Origin: Terriglobia bacterium
Lineage (GTDB): Bacteria > Acidobacteriota > Terriglobia > JAJPHL01 > JAPKYU01
Length of the DNA: 64,000 nt
Direction of reading: 5' to 3'
Assembly: GCA_965206645.1 (NCBI GenBank)
Contig: CBDBKE010000002.1
Location: 800,001-864,000 of the forward strand
Shown: one piece after another, positions 10,135 through 20,567 of the stretch
Layout: each line of letters opens with the position of its first letter
How positions within the stretch are numbered: the first letter of the stretch is position 1
The notes under the pieces: generated by a model
The model's database searches: none
The model's input: the letters and a program-made list of their open reading frames with translations, nothing else
What the model was told of the DNA's origin: nothing
Made by a program: the position numbers and the translations under genes

Positions 10135-11565
10135 CTACACTGTCGCCGCTTCGAGGATCTGAAACGATCTAGGGCGGAAGAGAAACTGGACGATGTTGCC
10201 CTCGTGAGGCTGGAACCAGTCCAGTTTGGTGGAGGGGATGGGGCCGAGATTCAGCCGATCAATCTGGGGCGCATCGATCAGCTTGCGCTGCCAGTCCTTC
10301 TCTTGAGTGATGGCACTGCAGACCAGTGTGGAGCCGATCCGGCCGAGCATCTGTTCCTGTGGGCAACGGACGACGCTCGCGAAGGGAAACATGAACTCCG
10401 TATTGGCCAGTTCCTGATCGGGGGAGTCACAATGAATAACCATGGGCCGCAGATAACCGCAGCGCTCCCGTTCCACGAGCCGCGGACCGAATCCGGCGGT
10501 GATGTCTTCGACGCCCGGTTCCTGGAGCTGTCCCCTGATGGTGTTCCAAATCGCGCTCGCCGTCCCGGGCACGGTAAAGGCGGCGAGGCTGGACTCAGGG
10601 TCTTCGGGCGGCTTGGGCTCTACCGGCCCCAGCCGCTCGGCCAGCGCTGCGGCGATTTCGCGGGTGTGGCGGGAAGCCCAAATGCTGGAGCAGTTGATGC
10701 AGCCTCGACCGCTGTTGAGGAACACACTGTCCACCATGAGATCGAAGTAGTCCTCCCAGTGGTCCACCACGTCGTCGCCAAGCAGGATCTTGCTGAAGCC
10801 GGGACCATGGACCTGGATGCGCGGGTCGCCTTTGTATCGCTCAACGGTCGCGGTTCCCCCGAAGATCAGGCAGCGGGTCGTCCGCTGGACCACTTCGGCC
10901 CCGATGTCTCCGCCGCCGGGATAAATCGAGATCGCCTCTCTGGGCACGCCCGCCTGGAAGAAGGCCGCGGCCGTGCGGTAGGGGGTCCAGGGCTCTTGCG
11001 GACCGGGCTTTAAGACCAGCCCGACCTGCATGGGGATCACCGGCAGCCACAGCGTATGCACGCCGGGCGAATTGGAGGGCAGCACCAACCCCACGGCTGG
11101 CGCCTGTACCTGGTAACTGACGGTGACCCCGCCGGACTCCCATCCGTAGCCTCGGGTCAGGATGCTCGAATCCAGTCGCCGCGTGAGCGCGTCCAGGATC
11201 TTGTCGATGTTCGACAACACGAAGTGGTTCTTCTCCATGTTGGCCTTGCACATTCGCTCGGGCAGACCAGTGCTGGCCGACTGCTGCCGGGCGAAGTCCT
11301 CCGGCGTCTGCTCACCGTCGCCCACGGGAAGAACACCGTTGAGGAAAAAATCCGCTGCCTTCCTCATCATGCCGATCAGCTCCGGGATGGGGATCTCGAT
11401 GAGGGCTTCGCGGGCGCGCCACGCCTGTTTCATGTCACGGCCCACAAGGCCGGTATTGGACTGGCTGACCCGGGCCAGAGTCTCGCCCGTCAGGAAGTGA
11501 ACTACGGTGTCCTGATCGAGGCTTGTATACGGCTGACCCCAGCGCAGGATCGGCAAGTTCAGCAT
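10135..11565 (-). CDS. Aldehyde-dehydrogenase-fold protein (GriD/EhpG/LuxC-like reductase component)
   Basis: LPSNSPGVH, LKPG, HGPGFSK, GRGCINCS (catalytic Cys region), EFMFPF. Confidence 0.8.
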   Translation of the reverse strand: MLNLPILRWGQPYTSLDQDTVVHFLTGETLARVSQSNTGLVGRDMKQAWRAREALIEIPIPELIGMMRKAADFFLNGVLPVGDGEQTPEDFARQQSASTGLPERMCKANMEKNHFVLSNIDKILDALTRRLDSSILTRGYGWESGGVTVSYQVQAPAVGLVLPSNSPGVHTLWLPVIPMQVGLVLKPGPQEPWTPYRTAAAFFQAGVPREAISIYPGGGDIGAEVVQRTTRCLIFGGTATVERYKGDPRIQVHGPGFSKILLGDDVVDHWEDYFDLMVDSVFLNSGRGCINCSSIWASRHTREIAAALAERLGPVEPKPPEDPESSLAAFTVPGTASAIWNTIRGQLQEPGVEDITAGFGPRLVERERCGYLRPMVIHCDSPDQELANTEFMFPFASVVRCPQEQMLGRIGSTLVCSAITQEKDWQRKLIDAPQIDRLNLGPIPSTKLDWFQPHEGNIVQFLFRPRSFQILEAATV

Positions 11566-11589
11566 GGCTGTTCGGCTCCCAGCAAACGC

Positions 11590-12690
11590 TCAGTAAACTC
11601 CCACGGTTGTCGTGGCGGCGAGCTGGCGGAATGGCCGGACCCCGCTGACGCCGTCCCACGGATAGGGTTCACAGGGGGGCTCACGCTCGCCTTCGTCCCT
11701 TTCCAGAAACCCGGGAATGAAGGTCTCTCGGGTTAGAGTGGTCAACCGCACCTGTCCGGTTTCTCCGTAGCCAACGACCCGATTGTCGTCGTCGAAGGAG
11801 ACGACTTCGATCGCGGCCCGCGGCTGCGGCGCGTAGTAGGTGATCTTGTAGCCGTCCTCGGCGGTCACGGGTTTCGAACAGGCTAGGCCCATGAGGGTGT
11901 TGCCGTAGGTTGGCGTCATATACACTTCCTCGCCCAGCAGCTCCTCCACGGCGAAGCGGGTGAACTGCGGCGTAAACTCCGTTCCTCCTGCGAAGATCCC
12001 GGTGATGCCGATCTCTCGGATGCTCGTGTCCCGCTTTTCCAGCTCCTCCGCCAGGGCCTCCAACAACTTTGGAGTGGTGAACAGACACCGGATCTCATGT
12101 CCCGCGTTCAGCAAGGTGACTGCCTGCTCGACGACATGGGCCCTGTATCTTGCTAACTCCTCCGCGCGCCCCTGCTTGATGAGCTTGATCACCCAGCGAG
12201 GGTCGAGATCCACAAAGAAGCAAATGCCGCCTCGATGCTGGCAAAGATGCTCGACCGCGAGCCGGATCCGGCGCGGACCGGAGGGGCCTAGCATCAGCCA
12301 GTTCGCCTCTCGCGGAAAGTAGTGCTCCGGCAGGCTTTCGCTGAACATCTCGTAGTCGATGCGGAAATCCTCAATGGCAACGCGGCTCTTCGGTACCCCG
12401 GTCGTGCCGCCGGTTTCGAAAACGTAGACCGGCCGACCGGCGAGGCCTTTGGGCACCCAACGGCGAAGCGGCCCTCCTCGGAGCCACTCGTCCTGGAAAG
12501 GCGGGAATTTTCTCAGGTCCTGAAAGCAGCGGATCTGCTGCCTGGGATCCCAGCTCAGCTTAGCGGCGAACTCCAGCCAGAACGGGCATCCGGTTTCGGG
12601 ATTGAAATGCCAGTCGATGATCTCTAGCACTTGCGCGTCCAGCTTCGCCTTCGCTTGTTGGATTCTGGCGCCCAGTTCCATTCCAGGCAT
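11590..12690 (-). CDS. Short ANL/PaaK-like adenylating protein (GriC/EhpF-like)
   Basis: P-loop-like FETGGTTGVPK, YGNTLMG, ERD motif; only 366 aa. Confidence 0.7.
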   Translation of the reverse strand: MPGMELGARIQQAKAKLDAQVLEIIDWHFNPETGCPFWLEFAAKLSWDPRQQIRCFQDLRKFPPFQDEWLRGGPLRRWVPKGLAGRPVYVFETGGTTGVPKSRVAIEDFRIDYEMFSESLPEHYFPREANWLMLGPSGPRRIRLAVEHLCQHRGGICFFVDLDPRWVIKLIKQGRAEELARYRAHVVEQAVTLLNAGHEIRCLFTTPKLLEALAEELEKRDTSIREIGITGIFAGGTEFTPQFTRFAVEELLGEEVYMTPTYGNTLMGLACSKPVTAEDGYKITYYAPQPRAAIEVVSFDDDNRVVGYGETGQVRLTTLTRETFIPGFLERDEGEREPPCEPYPWDGVSGVRPFRQLAATTTVGVY

Positions 12691-12713
12691 CGCTCAGTAT
12701 GGCGTGGGTCCCG

Positions 12714-12951
12714 TCAAACGTTTTCTGCGGTCGTTCGTAGGTGGGGTTCGCCGCAGGCCACGCAGTGCAGCGGCACATCCGCCTCCTGGGCCATCAGGTA
12801 AACCGGCAACAGCAGCACCTGTTGGCAGCGGACGATGGAGAGGATGGCCTACGACCACCAGAAGCTCAATGAGGGTGAAGGCCGCCTGGTGCCGGTCGGA
12901 ATTCGCCTTCGTCCGAATGGGTCCTCTCCTAAGGGCGGATGTTTTCTTCAA
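12714..12951 (-). pseudogene. Decayed prepilin-type N-terminal cleavage/methylation protein remnant
   Basis: AFTLIELLVVV, then after a 1-nt shift AILSI...LLLPV..AQEA, then an early stop. Confidence 0.6.
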
Positions 12952-13271
12952 CTTCCTTGGCGCGCGGGCGGGATAACCACCACCCGGAAGACCTTTGACC
13001 GGCGCCCCGCCAGCAATCCTCATTCCCATCCTAGAAACCGGAATTGTTGCACTGCTAGCGGCAACATAGCACAACGAGGGCCGAGCCACTAGTCGGCCAG
13101 TGCGACCGTATGCTTTCAGGAAGTAGCTGTGAAAAATGCCGGTGTCAGGATCCGCCTAACCCCCCCACTTCGTTTTGGCGCAAGGGGGAGCGTCCGACGC
13201 GGAACAGTGCACGCACCGCTACTTTGATTTCCCTATGAGCCGCGCGCTGGGTTCTGCTTTCGCCAAGTAGT

Positions 13272-14109
13272 TTACAGCGCCGCACGAAGTGCCGGCGACT
13301 CGCGCAGGTCAAAGTGGGGATTGATCTCGACTGCGCGCTGCAGGTATTCCTTACCGCTCTCAGGGTCCCCGGCTTTCTGGGAAATCTTACCTGCGTGGTA
13401 GTAGAGGCGGGCGTCCTGGGTGCCTAGCCGCAGTGCCTGGCCGATGGCTGCCCTGGCTTCTTTGATGAGCCCGGCCTTGTAGGCAGCCCAGGCCAGGGTG
13501 TCGAAGGCGGCGATGTCGCGGGCGGTGCGCAGGTCCTGGCGCATCCAGTCAAGCGCCAGGGCCAGGTTGCGGTCGTGGTCTGCGTAGAAAGTAGCCAACT
13601 CATGCCGTGCCATGTCACCCTGGTCCAGCAATAACCGCTCAGCGCGGCGGTACTCGCGCTCGGCCGCGCGCGCCCCACCAGGGCTAGTTGAGAATCGGGG
13701 TAAGCGCCGAGCGCCTGGTCGTAGGCGTATTGTGCCGCTTCCAGGTTGCCGCCGCGGAAGTATAGGTCTCCGAGTTGGGTCAGGCACCAAGACAGGTTCT
13801 CCGGGTCGCGCGGGCTGGCCGCACGAACAGCCAGCTTCATGATCTCGGTGGCGCCGGGCCGGTCTCCCAGCAGCTCACGCAGGTGGGCTGCGCGGCTGTA
13901 GGAGGCGACATCGGGACGCAATTCGACCATGCGCTGGAAGGCCTCGGCGGCGGCATCGTAGTCACCCAGTTCGAGGTGAGCGTCTCCCAACGTACCGTAG
14001 TTCCAGGCGTCGTTCGGCTGCATCGCCTGGGCTTTGCTGGCCCAGGTCAGCGACTCCGGGAAGCGGTGCTGCCCGGCCAAAACCCAGGCCATCATTTTGG
14101 TGGCTGCAT
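13272..14109 (-). pseudogene. TPR-repeat protein, 5' end removed by IS5 and frameshifted near 13680
   Basis: TPR helices (LGDAHLELGDYDAA, DTLAWAAYKAG, AVEINPHF) split over two frames. Confidence 0.8.
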
Positions 14110-15171
14110 GGCGTTGTTGCAGAAATCTGCCTCCATCCCCAACGCTCTCCCCCCTGATAGGCTAGGGGATGGGCAAAAGCGACTACACCTTCCGATATAA
14201 GGTTCGCAACTGGCCGGAGTACAACCGGGCTCTGGTGAAACGTGGGCAGCTGACACTGTGGTTCGACACGGAGGCAGTCGCTGCCTGGCGTCATCCAGGA
14301 CCCTTCGAAGGGCGAGGCCGGCCCAAGGTCTACGCAGATGCGGCGATCCAATGTGCGCTGGTCCTGAATTCGGTGTTTCACCTCAACCTACGGACCACTC
14401 AAGGGTTCCTTCAATCCATCGTGGCGCTCATGGCTCTCGACCTCCCAGTGCCCAACTACAGCACGGTGAGCCGAAGGCAAAGCGCCGTCGACGTCCGACT
14501 GAGTGTAGGGCCCACGGATCGACCACGACATGTCGTCATCGATTCGACGGGCCTGAAGATCTACGGAGCCGGTGAGTGGCACATCAGAAAACACCGAACC
14601 CTCCGCCGTAGGACATGGCGAAAGCTCCACCTAGGCGTCGATGAGACGACGAAAGAGATCGTTGCGATGGACCTGACTGCGAGCAACGTCCACGACGCCC
14701 GAAGGCTCTCTTCGTTGCTGTCTAAGACTCCTGGTTCGATCGGGCAAGTCTCCGCAGACCGGGCCTACGACACGGGTTCCTGCTACGAGGCCGTGCTCCA
14801 GCACGACGCTATCGTGACGATCTTGCCGCGACGCAATGCACGATGCAGCCGAGACTCTCATCCGCCTCCGTGGCGTGCGATGCGTGATACCCATCTCCGG
14901 CGTATTAGGACGCAGGGCCGTTATGAGTGGCGGAAGTCGAGTGGCTGCACTCGCCAGAGCGTGGCGGAGAATGCGGTCTCACGGTACAAGGCGATACTCG
15001 GGGTAAGCCTCTCGGCCCGCACGGTCAAGAACCAAAAAGTCGAAGCCGCGATCAAGTGCGCTGTGCTGAACCGGATGGCGGAGCTTGGAATGCCACGATC
15101 GGAGCGCGTGTGCTGAGGCGGATGAGCTTCTCGGCCCGGTTCGCCGCGATCGCGAATTACGCAACAACGCC
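14110..15171 (+). mobile_element. IS5-family (IS903-type) element, full length 1062 bp
   Basis: IRs GGCGTTGTTGCAGAAAT / AATTACGCAACAACGCC; near-identical copy at 50009-51070; no target duplication. Confidence 0.92.
14169..15116 (+). CDS. IS5-family DDE transposase
   Basis: YKVRNWPEYNRAL, IDSTGLK, WRKLHLGVD, ADRAYD. Confidence 0.95.
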   Translation: MGKSDYTFRYKVRNWPEYNRALVKRGQLTLWFDTEAVAAWRHPGPFEGRGRPKVYADAAIQCALVLNSVFHLNLRTTQGFLQSIVALMALDLPVPNYSTVSRRQSAVDVRLSVGPTDRPRHVVIDSTGLKIYGAGEWHIRKHRTLRRRTWRKLHLGVDETTKEIVAMDLTASNVHDARRLSSLLSKTPGSIGQVSADRAYDTGSCYEAVLQHDAIVTILPRRNARCSRDSHPPPWRAMRDTHLRRIRTQGRYEWRKSSGCTRQSVAENAVSRYKAILGVSLSARTVKNQKVEAAIKCAVLNRMAELGMPRSERVC

Positions 15172-15658
15172 CTTGGTCGTCATGGATCAATACACTCGCC
15201 GGATCATTGGGTTCGGCGTCCACGCCGGAACCGTCAATGGAGTCGCACTTTGCCGGATGTTCAACCGCGCCATTCGATGGCAACCCTGGATGCCAAAGCA
15301 CCTCAGCTCCGACCATGATCCACTTTATCGGTTTGGGCAGTGGCAAGCCAATCTGCGGATCCTGGAGGTGACCGAAATCAAGATCGTTCCCTATGTTCCC
15401 CTGTCCCATCCCTTTGTGGAACGGCTGATCGGCACGATTCGACGCGAGTATTTGGATCGCATGTTGTTCTGGACCACGGCGGACCTGGAGAACAAGCTGC
15501 TCGATTTCCAAGACTACTACAACCACCATCGGACGCATTCAGCACGTGCAGGATGTACGCCGCAGGAGACGTCCGGCCCGAAGGTCCCTCTGATCTTCGG
15601 CTTCTACCGATGGCGACGACATTGTGGAGATTTATATCAAACGCCCATTGCCGCCTGA
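15172..15658 (+). pseudogene. Integrase-core (rve) transposase C-terminal fragment, cut by IS5
   Basis: VVMDQYTRRIIG, SSDHD, VERLIGTIRREYLD, YYNHHRTH. Confidence 0.8.
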
Positions 15659-15698
15659 CTCCGGATCACCAAACTTTGAAAACTCGAACGAACTGTCG

Positions 15699-16325
15699 AT
15701 GAACGAAAAGATTGCCTGGTCTGGGGCTGTCACTTCGGTCCAACCTCGAATTCGCCTGACCCGTTCTTTCGATGAACGGAGCCACACTTATCTGGGTTAC
15801 CTGTTGCGGATCGAGGGAACAGTCGGCGGAGTTTCTGCTGAATCTCGAGTCGGTATTGGCTCCAGAACCCACGCCAAACACCAATTCCGAATGGGTGACC
15901 GCGTCGAGGGGCTGGGGCATCGGGTTGCGGATCCGCGACTCGAAACCGCCGACATCTATAGAGTCAGCAAACTGAAACTGATCCGGCGTGGAGAAGAGCA
16001 GGCCTTAGCGGCACCATGGCATGGAGTGCCTCCTCCGTTGCCCGCCTATCGCGAGCGCGGGCATCGGCGCCTGGCGGTAACGACCTACGATTCCAAATGT
16101 AATAGCTGTATCTGGGGCTGTGCCATGGCTGTGGAAATGATCATCGACCAATGGAATCCCGACCGACGGCGCTACAGGACGGAAACCTTCTGTTACGGAC
16201 CTCTGTCCTGTTCCAGCTACAAGCCCGGTCCCACCCGAAAGGTTCCCGGTCGCCACGGCATGACCTATGAAGAGGAAGACTGGGTCGACCAGGACGCCAC
16301 CGCGCATCGCGGTCCGAATGAATAG
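15699..16325 (+). CDS. Conserved hypothetical protein with Cys-rich C-terminal half
   Basis: Clean ORF of about 208 aa; CNSCIWGC and FCYGPLSC motifs. Confidence 0.7.
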   Translation: MNEKIAWSGAVTSVQPRIRLTRSFDERSHTYLGYLLRIEGTVGGVSAESRVGIGSRTHAKHQFRMGDRVEGLGHRVADPRLETADIYRVSKLKLIRRGEEQALAAPWHGVPPPLPAYRERGHRRLAVTTYDSKCNSCIWGCAMAVEMIIDQWNPDRRRYRTETFCYGPLSCSSYKPGPTRKVPGRHGMTYEEEDWVDQDATAHRGPNE

Positions 16326-16507
16326 CAGCGATCCGCGCTGATCAAGGACGCGCTTCCGTTTCTCCAGAAGGCCCTCTTTGAGGGCGTTATTAGTAATTCG
16401 CCAGCGAGCGGCTCGTTTGTGTGTCTTGCCGCGCTTCCGGTGTATCCTCGATGATGCGTTGACGCCACATGACGCCATGGCCGCCCAGGCGCGCTGAGGA
16501 GGTTGCG

Positions 16508-17341
16508 ATGACAGAACCTGTGAGGGCAGCGGTTCCTTCATTCATTTATGGAACCGCATGGAAGAAGGACGGCACGGCCGCGCTGGTCAGGACGGCCGCG
16601 AGCGCCGGCTTCCGGGCCATCGATACCGCGAACCAGCCCCGGCATTATCAGGAGCCGCTCGTGGGTGAGGCGCTGGAGGCGTTGGCGGCTGACGGGATTC
16701 CCCGGGACTCCCTGTTCGTGCAGACCAAGTTCACCCCGGTCGATGGCCACGATCACCGGGTACCCTATGATCCGCAGGTCGATCTCAAGACCCAGGTGCG
16801 CCAGTCCTTCGAGTCGTCTCTGAAGAATCTGAGAACCGGCCACGTGGATTCCTATCTTCTGCATGGCCCCTATTCCTTTCCCGGTCTGGGACAAGCGGAC
16901 TGGGAAGTGTGGAGCGCCATCGAGGAGATTCACACCTCGGGCCGGGCGGGCATGATCGGCATCAGCAATGTCAATGCCGGGCAGCTTGAGGCCATGGTGG
17001 AGACAGCCCGCGTCAAGCCCATGGTCGTGCAAAACCGGTGCTTCGCCAACCGGGGTTGGGATCGGGAGGTCCGGGCGATCTGCCGCTCGCACGGAATCAT
17101 GTACCAGGGGTTCTCCCTCCTGACGGCGAATCCGTACGTTTTGCGCCATCCAGCGGTCGTGTCCATCGCCCGAAGGCTTGGCGTCGGTCCCGAGCAGGTC
17201 ATCTTCCGCTTCGCGATGTCGGTGGGGATGGTGCCGCTGACGGGAACCACCCGGGAGCCGCACATGCGAGAGGACCTTCAGGTTTACGGGATCGAGCTGA
17301 CCCGCGACGAGGTGGACCGCATCGAGTCGATCGCGGGTTGA
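16508..17341 (+). CDS. Aldo/keto reductase
   Basis: YGTAW, GFRAIDTA, FVQTKF, DSYLLHGP, IGISN; GAGGAGG RBS. Confidence 0.9.
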   Translation: MTEPVRAAVPSFIYGTAWKKDGTAALVRTAASAGFRAIDTANQPRHYQEPLVGEALEALAADGIPRDSLFVQTKFTPVDGHDHRVPYDPQVDLKTQVRQSFESSLKNLRTGHVDSYLLHGPYSFPGLGQADWEVWSAIEEIHTSGRAGMIGISNVNAGQLEAMVETARVKPMVVQNRCFANRGWDREVRAICRSHGIMYQGFSLLTANPYVLRHPAVVSIARRLGVGPEQVIFRFAMSVGMVPLTGTTREPHMREDLQVYGIELTRDEVDRIESIAG

Positions 17342-17710
17342 CAGCCTGTCGTGAAGTTGCCTGAAGCTGTAGGGCGCTCGATGAGCGCCCCTGGGCCGTC
17401 GCAGACCCCCAAGGATGGTCTGACTTCCACCGCAGGCTGCTGACCGCTCGTGGCCGGCCGGACCGTCGGCGGCCCGGCTCCCCGGCTCCCCGGGCTCGAT
17501 CGAGCCCAGCGGGCCGTGGCAGAATGAATGGATCAGGAACTTCAGCGCTCGGAAGCCCCGTGGGCGCCCAGAGGGTTACGGCGGCATCGCGCCATCTGCG
17601 GTGTTGCCGCTCCTCACGGATGGAAGAGCATCGCCCTCGTCGCGGCGCCTAACATCCGGCGCGATGGCGCTCGTAACGCGACCCCGCAGACTTCCACCAC
17701 GGGCTGTTAG
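17341..17710. repeat. Non-coding MITE/IS-end-like repeats
   Basis: CAGCCTGTCGTGAAGT (17342) is inverted to ACTTCCACCGCAGGCTG (about 17423); a similar end ACTTCCACCACGGGCTGTTAG lies at about 17690; hairpin-rich interior. Confidence 0.45.
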
Positions 17711-17805
17711 GCTCTCGCCAGTCCTCATGTCCCTTCCTCCGTCATGCGTTGCTCTCGAACTGAGGTCCCTTCCCTCCACCGGCATTACCCGGCTTCCTTG
17801 GTATT
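17700..17805 (-). ncRNA. Group II intron fragment (DII/DIII to start of DIV)
   Basis: Minus strand reads TACCAAGGAAGCCGGGTAATGCCGGTGGAGGGAAGGGACCTCAGTTC...TGGCGAGAGCCTAACAGCCC; no RT ORF and no DV/DVI seen. Confidence 0.65.
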
Positions 17806-17979
17806 GCGGAGACAGGCCTACTGCGGGGATGGCTGCCGGAAGAGAGCGCAACTGCAACAACATCGCAACGCCAACCGGAAACACCAGGACAGCCCGGAAG
17901 GACGGCTCGATCACCGGGACCGGCAGCGGGCCTACCGGAAACGGCTCCGCCGCCGCGTGACGGATGCAACTTCCCCCGG
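17806..17979 (+). pseudogene. Fragment of a small basic Cys-containing ORF of the kind found next to some IS21-like transposases
   Basis: QAYCGDGCR...ANRKHQDSPEGRLDHRDRQRAYR...VTD. Confidence 0.5.
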
Positions 17980-18112
17980 TATGAACGCCGGAGCAATAAT
18001 AGACCAGGGAGCGCCGCGTAAGCGGCGGTTTCTGGCGGTGCAAAATTAGACCAGCGCAGTTCGATTCCATCAAACATTGTGATTCTGATGTGTTTTGTGA
18101 AACACCGGAGGT

Positions 18113-19612
18113 GTGCACACAGTGGAACTCTATGCGCGTGTTCGACGAGCAGTTCAGGCTGAGGGGATCAGTGAACGGGAGGCGGCGCGGCAGTTCGGGC
18201 TAGCCCGCGAGACGGTCCGCAAGATGCTGCGGTACTCGATCCCTCCGGGCTATCGGCGGCAGCAGCCGGCGCGGCGGCCGAAGCTGGATGCCTGGGTGGG
18301 GATCATCGACCAGATCCTGGAGCAAGATAAGGCCCAGAGCAAGAAGCAACGCCACACGGCCAAGCGGGTTTTTGAGCGGCTGCGGGAGGAGCACGGATTC
18401 CCGGGCGGCTACACCATCGTGAAGGACTACGTGCGGCTGCGGAAGCTGAGCCAGCGGGAGATGTTCGTGCCGCTGGAGCATCCACCGGGGGAGGCCCAGG
18501 CCGACTTTGGCGAAGCGCAAGTGGTGATCGGCGGGGTGGAGCGCAAGGCGCACTATTTCGTGATGGAGCTGCCGCAATCGGACGACTGCTTCGTGATGGC
18601 GTTTCCGGCTGAGACGACCGAAGCGTTCTTAGAAGGGCACAACCAGGCGTTCGGCTACTTCGGCGGAGTGCCTCGCACGATCCTGTACGACAACACCAAG
18701 CTGGCGGTGAGGCAGATCCTGGGTGACGGAACACGGAACAAGACGCGGGCGTTCTCCGAACTGCAGAGTCACTACCTGTTTGCGGAGAAGTTCGGACGAC
18801 CGGGCAAGGGCAATGACAAAGGGAAAGTGGAAGGACTAGTGGGTTACGTGCGGCGGAACTTCCTGGTGCCGGTGCCGCGGTGTGCCAGCTGGGAGGAGTT
18901 GCACGCGAAGCTGCGGGAACAGTGCACCCGGCGGCGAGAGCGGCGTCTGCGAGGACATCAAGAGACGATCGGCGAGCGGTTCGCGAAGGATCAACAGAGG
19001 CTGCTGCCCCTGCCGGCGACGCCCTATGAGGCCTGCGACAAACGGACCACACGGGTGACGTCACTGTCGCTGGTGCGGTATCGATCCAACGACTATTCGG
19101 TGCCGGTGGCTTGGGGGCACCGGGAGGTGCTGGTGAAGGGATTCGTCGAGGAAGTGGTGATCTGTGCAGCGAGCGAAGTGATCGCACGCCATGTCCGGAG
19201 CTAGGAACGGGAAGAGATGATCTTCGATCCGTTGCACTATCTGGCGCTGCTGGAGCAGAAGCCGAACGCGTTGAACCAGGCCGCCCCCCTGGCCGGCTGG
19301 GAGTTGCCGGAAGGCTTCGCGCAACTGCGGCGGCTGATGGAGGCGCGGTTAGGCAAGAAGGGCAAGCGGGAGTATGTGCAGGTCCTGCGACGGCTGGAGA
19401 CGTTCCGTTGGACGGAAGTGTCGCTGGCCGTCGAGGACGCCTTGCGGCTGGGGGCGATCTGGTCTGACGCGGTCAAGCATCTGCTGCTGGGCCGGATCGA
19501 GCAGCGGCCGGCGCGGCTGGACCTGGAGCACTATCCGCACCTGCCGGCAACGCAGGTGGCCACCACAGCCGCCGCCGACTATCTGACCCTGCTCCGGGAA
19601 GGAGTCTGCTGA
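18113..19612 (+). pseudogene. istA: IS21 transposase with in-frame TAG at 19202-19204
   Basis: AQADFG, LYDNTK, KGKVEGLVGYVRR; frame continues RHVRS*EREEMIFDPLHYL. Confidence 0.88.
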
Positions 19613-20376
19613 TGGACACGCCCCAGGTGTTGCTGGAACACCATCTGAAGGCCCTGCAATTACCCACCTTTTTGCGTGAGTACGACAAGGTGGCGCAGCA
19701 GTGCGCTGCCGAGGGCGTGGACTTCCCGCGCTACCTGCTGCGGTTGACGGAGCTGGAGCTGCTGGACCGGGAACGGCGCGCCACCGAGCGGCGCATTCAC
19801 CAAGCCAGGTTCGACGTGGTGAAGAGCCTCGACAGTTTCGATTTCCTGGCCCTTCCGTCGCTGAATAAGGCCTTGGTGCTCGAGCTGGCCCGAGGCGAGT
19901 TCATCGAACGCAAGGAGAACATCCTGGCTTTAGGGAACTCGGGCACGGGAAAAACCCACATTGCGTTGGCGCTGGGACTGGCCGCCTGTCAGAAAGGGTT
20001 CCGGGTCCGGTTCACTACGGCGGCCTCCCTGGCGCATGAGCTGATCGAGGCCAAGGACGAGCGGCGCCTGATGCGGTTCCAGAAGATGCTCTCCAGTTTC
20101 GAGCTGTTGATCATTGACGAGCTGGGTTTCGTGCCGCTATCCAAGACTGGGGCGGAGTTGCTGTTTGAGGTCTTCAGCCGGCGCTACGAACGCAGCGCCA
20201 CCGTGGTGACCAGCAACCTGCCGTTCAACGAATGGACGGAGGCCTTCGGATCGGAGCGGCTGACCGGAGCCCTGCTGGATCGTCTCACCCACCATGTCCA
20301 CATCCTGGAGATGAACGGGGAAAGTTACCGGCTCAAGGACAGCAAACGAAGGCGTTCCGGAAAGCCTCGCGCCTGA
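19612..20376 (+). CDS. istB: IS21 helper ATPase
   Basis: GNSGTGKT, LLIIDELG, TSNLPF, LLDRLTHH. Confidence 0.95.
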   Translation: MDTPQVLLEHHLKALQLPTFLREYDKVAQQCAAEGVDFPRYLLRLTELELLDRERRATERRIHQARFDVVKSLDSFDFLALPSLNKALVLELARGEFIERKENILALGNSGTGKTHIALALGLAACQKGFRVRFTTAASLAHELIEAKDERRLMRFQKMLSSFELLIIDELGFVPLSKTGAELLFEVFSRRYERSATVVTSNLPFNEWTEAFGSERLTGALLDRLTHHVHILEMNGESYRLKDSKRRRSGKPRA

Positions 20377-20567
20377 TCTCACCCAATACTGGGCGACGAG
20401 TTGCGAGGGCGGCTTCCACTCCGGCCTAACCGCGCCGCCCTGCGGGCGTCGCAGGCCTCCGCTCCAACCGCCCCCGCAACTCCCTCTCAAATCAAAGCTT
20501 CCACCACCCCTGAACTGGTCTACTTTCTCTCCGCCGGAGTGGTCTAGTTTTACTCCGCCCTTGACAC

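Larger units (their letters stand above)
17980..20566 (+). mobile_element. IS21-family element
   Basis: Left end TATGAACGCCGGAGCAATAATAGACCA versus reverse complement of the right end TGTCAAGGGCGGAGTAAAACTAGACCA; repeated subterminal boxes; istA-istB. Confidence 0.88.

Noticed and set aside
14927-15658. Chimeric ORFs crossing IS junctions (also 35996-36844, 49046-50155, 55968-56822, 26650-27288)
   Set aside because: Fortuitous read-through between IS ends and truncated genes
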